From Burkholderiaceae bacterium (GTDB lineage: Bacteria > Pseudomonadota > Gammaproteobacteria > Burkholderiales > Burkholderiaceae_B), in the NCBI GenBank assembly GCA_044338955.1, contig JBIIWK010000001.1, forward strand, positions 1 through 51,848: 51,848 nt of DNA. The letters are read 5' to 3'. Under the pieces are notes generated by a model that was given only the letters and a program-made list of their open reading frames with translations, was not told the origin of the DNA and searched no databases. Positions 49,202-51,848 of the stretch are shown piece after piece. How positions within the stretch are numbered: position 1 is the stretch's first letter; each line of letters starts with the position of its first letter. A program made the translations under genes and the position numbers.

Positions 49202-51691
49202 CTAATGCCCTTTACGGACAGATTTTTTTAAACCAGTTATTTTTTTTGCGTGTACAGCCTTTTTAGGGGTACGCGCAGCCTCTTGCTTAGCCGTTTTTTT
49301 GGCCTCGGCGCGGCGCACTTTAGCGATTTGCCCTTTTAGTTCAGGTGGCTTGGGTGCGGCCGCTTTTTTAACACGTCTGCCTGCGGGATCTTCGACACGC
49401 GTGGCGGCCTTGCGCAAGGCATCGAACGTGGTGCCCGTGACCAGCCTGAACTCGATGCGCCTCGCCTCGAGATCAACACGTGCGACCTGCACTTGTACCG
49501 CATCCGTTAAACGATAGCGCAGACCGGTGCGTTCACCACGCAGCTCGTGCATCGCATCGTTAAATTGAAAATACTCGGTGCCAAGTTCTGAGACGTGGAC
49601 CAAGCCTTCAACATGCAAGGTATCGAGTGTGACAAAAATACCAAAGCTCGCCACCCCGGTGACACGCCCGCTAAAGACTTCGCCCACACGCTCTTTGACA
49701 AACCAGCACTTGAGCCAGGCCTCTACATCGCGTGACGCATCATCGGCGCGCCGTTCTGTGGCCGACAGCAGCAAGCCGATTTTTTCCCATAGATCATGCT
49801 CGTATTCGCGTAGTGTCGCACCAGGTGCCGAAGCAAAGCCATGTAGCACCGGTTGATAACGCTGGCTTTTGAGCAAGGCCTTGATGACGCGGTGGGTCAT
49901 CAAATCTGGATAACGGCGAATCGGTGACGTAAAGTGCGTATAGGCCGGATACGATAGACCAAAGTGACCCGCATTATCAGGCCCGTAAATCGCCTGCTGC
50001 ATCGAACGTAAGCACATCGTCTGTAACAGCCCATAGTCGGGACGCGCCCGGGCCTTATCCAGCAAAGCACCATAGTCTGCGGCCGTTGGGTCGGCACCTC
50101 CCCCCAAACTCAGCCCCAGCGTTTTCAAAAACTCACGCAGCGATTGCAACTTTTCGGGGGTCGGGCCTTCGTGCACACGATACAAACCGATGTGCTTGCT
50201 GCGCAACATAAAATCCGCAGCACACGTATTGGCCGCCAACATGCACTCTTCAATTAGGCGATGGGCGTCGTTACGTACGACACCAATGATCTTTTCAATA
50301 CGACCTAACTCGTTGCAAACGATTTTGGTCTCAATCGTGTCAAAGTCAATCGCACCGCGCTCTTTGCGACCTTGAGACAACAGCTGAAACAACTCGTACA
50401 ACCCGTTAATTTGGGGCATGACTTTGGCAAAACTGCGCGCCACCGGCCCTTGAGGCTGTTGCAGCGACTCCCAAACTTGGTTGTAGGTGGTGCGTGCATG
50501 CGAATGAATGACCGCGTTGTAAAACTGATAGGCCGACACCGTACCCGCTTTCGCACCCGACAGCGGGATCACCATATCGCACACTAGTACGAGTCGATCA
50601 ACCGAAGGCTTAAGCGAACACAAGCCATTTGAAAGTTTCTCGGGCAACATCGGGATCACCCGACGTGGAAAATACACGCTCGTGCCGCGCTCGCGCGCCG
50701 CTTCGTCAAGGGCGTCTTCGGGCGTCACGTAATGACTCACATCGGCAATCGCCACTAGCAGTCGCCAGGCCGGGCGCTTACGCGCCTCGCCCATGTCCAC
50801 TTGCTCGCAGTAAACCGCATCGTCAAAGTCGCGCGCGTCTTCGCCATCGATCGTAATAAAAGGTACGTCACGCAAATCCACACGATCTTTCAAATCGGTC
50901 ACGCGTACTGCGTCGGGTAGTTTTTCAGCCTGCCGTTCAGCGGCCTCTGAAAAGTCGACCGGCACGTCGAACTTGCGTACCGCAATTTCGATCTCCATAC
51001 CTGGGTCGTCAATTTCGCCCAAAATCTCAGCCACGCGGCCTAGGGGTTGTTTATGACGCGAGGGTTGCTCGATGATGTCAATCGACACCACCTGACCGTG
51101 CTGAGCGCCACCCGTGTCCCCAGGCGGGATCAAGACATCGTGTTTGATGCGCTGATCTTCAGGCACAACGATGGTCACGCCGCGTTCATTTAAAAAGCGC
51201 CCAACCAAGCGGTTGGTACGCCGCTCAAGCACCTCAACGATCGTGCCCTCAGGTTTGCCGCGATATTCGCCCGTTGGTTTGACCAAGACGCGATCGCCGT
51301 GCAACACTTTTTGCATCTCGCGTGGTGACAAAAAAATGTCTTGACCACCCGCGTCGGCCACCAAAAAGCCAAACCCGTCGCGATGGCCTTGCACACGCCC
51401 GGCCACAAAATCAAGCTTATTCGCCAACAACAGCACGCCCTTACGGTTGGGCAGCAATTGCCCGTCCCGCTCCATGGCGGCGATTCTACGATCAAAGCCC
51501 GTTAAGGTTTCTTCGCGGGTCAACCCCATGCGTGCGGCCAAGTCCTCGGGGGAGAGCGGCGCAGGCGCGACACGCAAGACTTCTAGAATTTGTTCGCGAC
51601 TAGGTACATCGGGATCAAAATCGGGGATATTCTCTGGGGAGACAGTCGCGGTGCGAGTGTTCTTGATGTTGGGTGGGAGGCGTTTTGCCAA
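49202..51691 (-). CDS. rnr: Ribonuclease R
   Basis: Start reassigned to TTG 51691 because the ORF-track start lies inside the t[34 protein letters not shown], an S1 domain and a Lys-rich tail. Confidence 0.95.
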   Translation of the reverse strand: MAKRLPPNIKNTRTATVSPENIPDFDPDVPSREQILEVLRVAPAPLSPEDLAARMGLTREETLTGFDRRIAAMERDGQLLPNRKGVLLLANKLDFVAGRVQGHRDGFGFLVADAGGQDIFLSPREMQKVLHGDRVLVKPTGEYRGKPEGTIVEVLERRTNRLVGRFLNERGVTIVVPEDQRIKHDVLIPPGDTGGAQHGQVVSIDIIEQPSRHKQPLGRVAEILGEIDDPGMEIEIAVRKFDVPVDFSEAAERQAEKLPDAVRVTDLKDRVDLRDVPFITIDGEDARDFDDAVYCEQVDMGEARKRPAWRLLVAIADVSHYVTPEDALDEAARERGTSVYFPRRVIPMLPEKLSNGLCSLKPSVDRLVLVCDMVIPLSGAKAGTVSAYQFYNAVIHSHARTTYNQVWESLQQPQGPVARSFAKVMPQINGLYELFQLLSQGRKERGAIDFDTIETKIVCNELGRIEKIIGVVRNDAHRLIEECMLAANTCAADFMLRSKHIGLYRVHEGPTPEKLQSLREFLKTLGLSLGGGADPTAADYGALLDKARARPDYGLLQTMCLRSMQQAIYGPDNAGHFGLSYPAYTHFTSPIRRYPDLMTHRVIKALLKSQRYQPVLHGFASAPGATLREYEHDLWEKIGLLLSATERRADDASRDVEAWLKCWFVKERVGEVFSGRVTGVASFGIFVTLDTLHVEGLVHVSELGTEYFQFNDAMHELRGERTGLRYRLTDAVQVQVARVDLEARRIEFRLVTGTTFDALRKAATRVEDPAGRRVKKAAAPKPPELKGQIAKVRRAEAKKTAKQEAARTPKKAVHAKKITGLKKSVRKGH

Positions 51692-51712
51692 AGCTAAAAT
51701 CTCGCTTATAAT
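51685..51712 (+). promoter_or_regulatory. Stable-RNA-type promoter for tRNA-Leu(CAG)
   Basis: TTGCCA-16 nt-TATAAT followed by a GC-rich discriminator (GCGTGGC). Confidence 0.7.
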
Positions 51713-51736
51713 GCGTGGCGTTTGAGTACAAGTTAG

Positions 51737-51821
51737 GCCCAGGTGGCGGAATTGGTAGACGCGCACGGTTCAGGTCCGTGTGCCGAAAGGTGTGGAGGTT
51801 CGAGTCCTCTCCTGGGCACCA
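51737..51821 (+). tRNA. tRNA-Leu(CAG)
   Basis: GCCCAGGTGGCGGAATTGGTAGACGCGCACGG-TTCAGGT-CCGTG...GGTTCGAGTCCTCTCCTGGGCACCA (85 nt). Confidence 0.96.
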
Positions 51822-51848
51822 CCGAAGTGTAAAGCATAAAGTACCTGG

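Noticed and set aside
51692-51766. rnr start at 51766
   Set aside because: It lies inside tRNA-Leu(CAG); TTG 51691 is more plausible.

Overview
A largely housekeeping chromosomal segment from a betaproteobacterium. Gene content and order suggest Alcaligenaceae (Bordetella/Achromobacter-like); this is an inference. It carries tig (partial), dapC-dapD-prmB-ABC-F, purN-rsmB-desaturase-uvrD, ribF-ileS-lspA-coaBC-dedA-dut, pqiABC, clpS-clpA, cspD, a thiolase, sodB, xseA, exbBD-lpxK-ycaR-kdsB, adk, murJ, rpsT, argD-argF-argG, a two-component pair, hupB, a trans-sulfuration enzyme, rlmB, rnr and three tRNAs. I found no integrase, transposase, CRISPR array or defence gene. The notable signals are non-coding. 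(1) A three-DnaA-box core at 31671-31705, between xseA and exbB, with the orientation and spacing I recall for E. coli DARS (DnaA-reactivating sequences). (2) At least seven unrelated short tandem duplications (periods 18-56 bp), each anchored on a stop or start codon. One builds an in-frame chain of mini-ORFs between ileS and lspA. (3) A lone hairpin resembling an IS200/IS605 end downstream of argG. All calls are by-eye recognition; no searches or computations were run.
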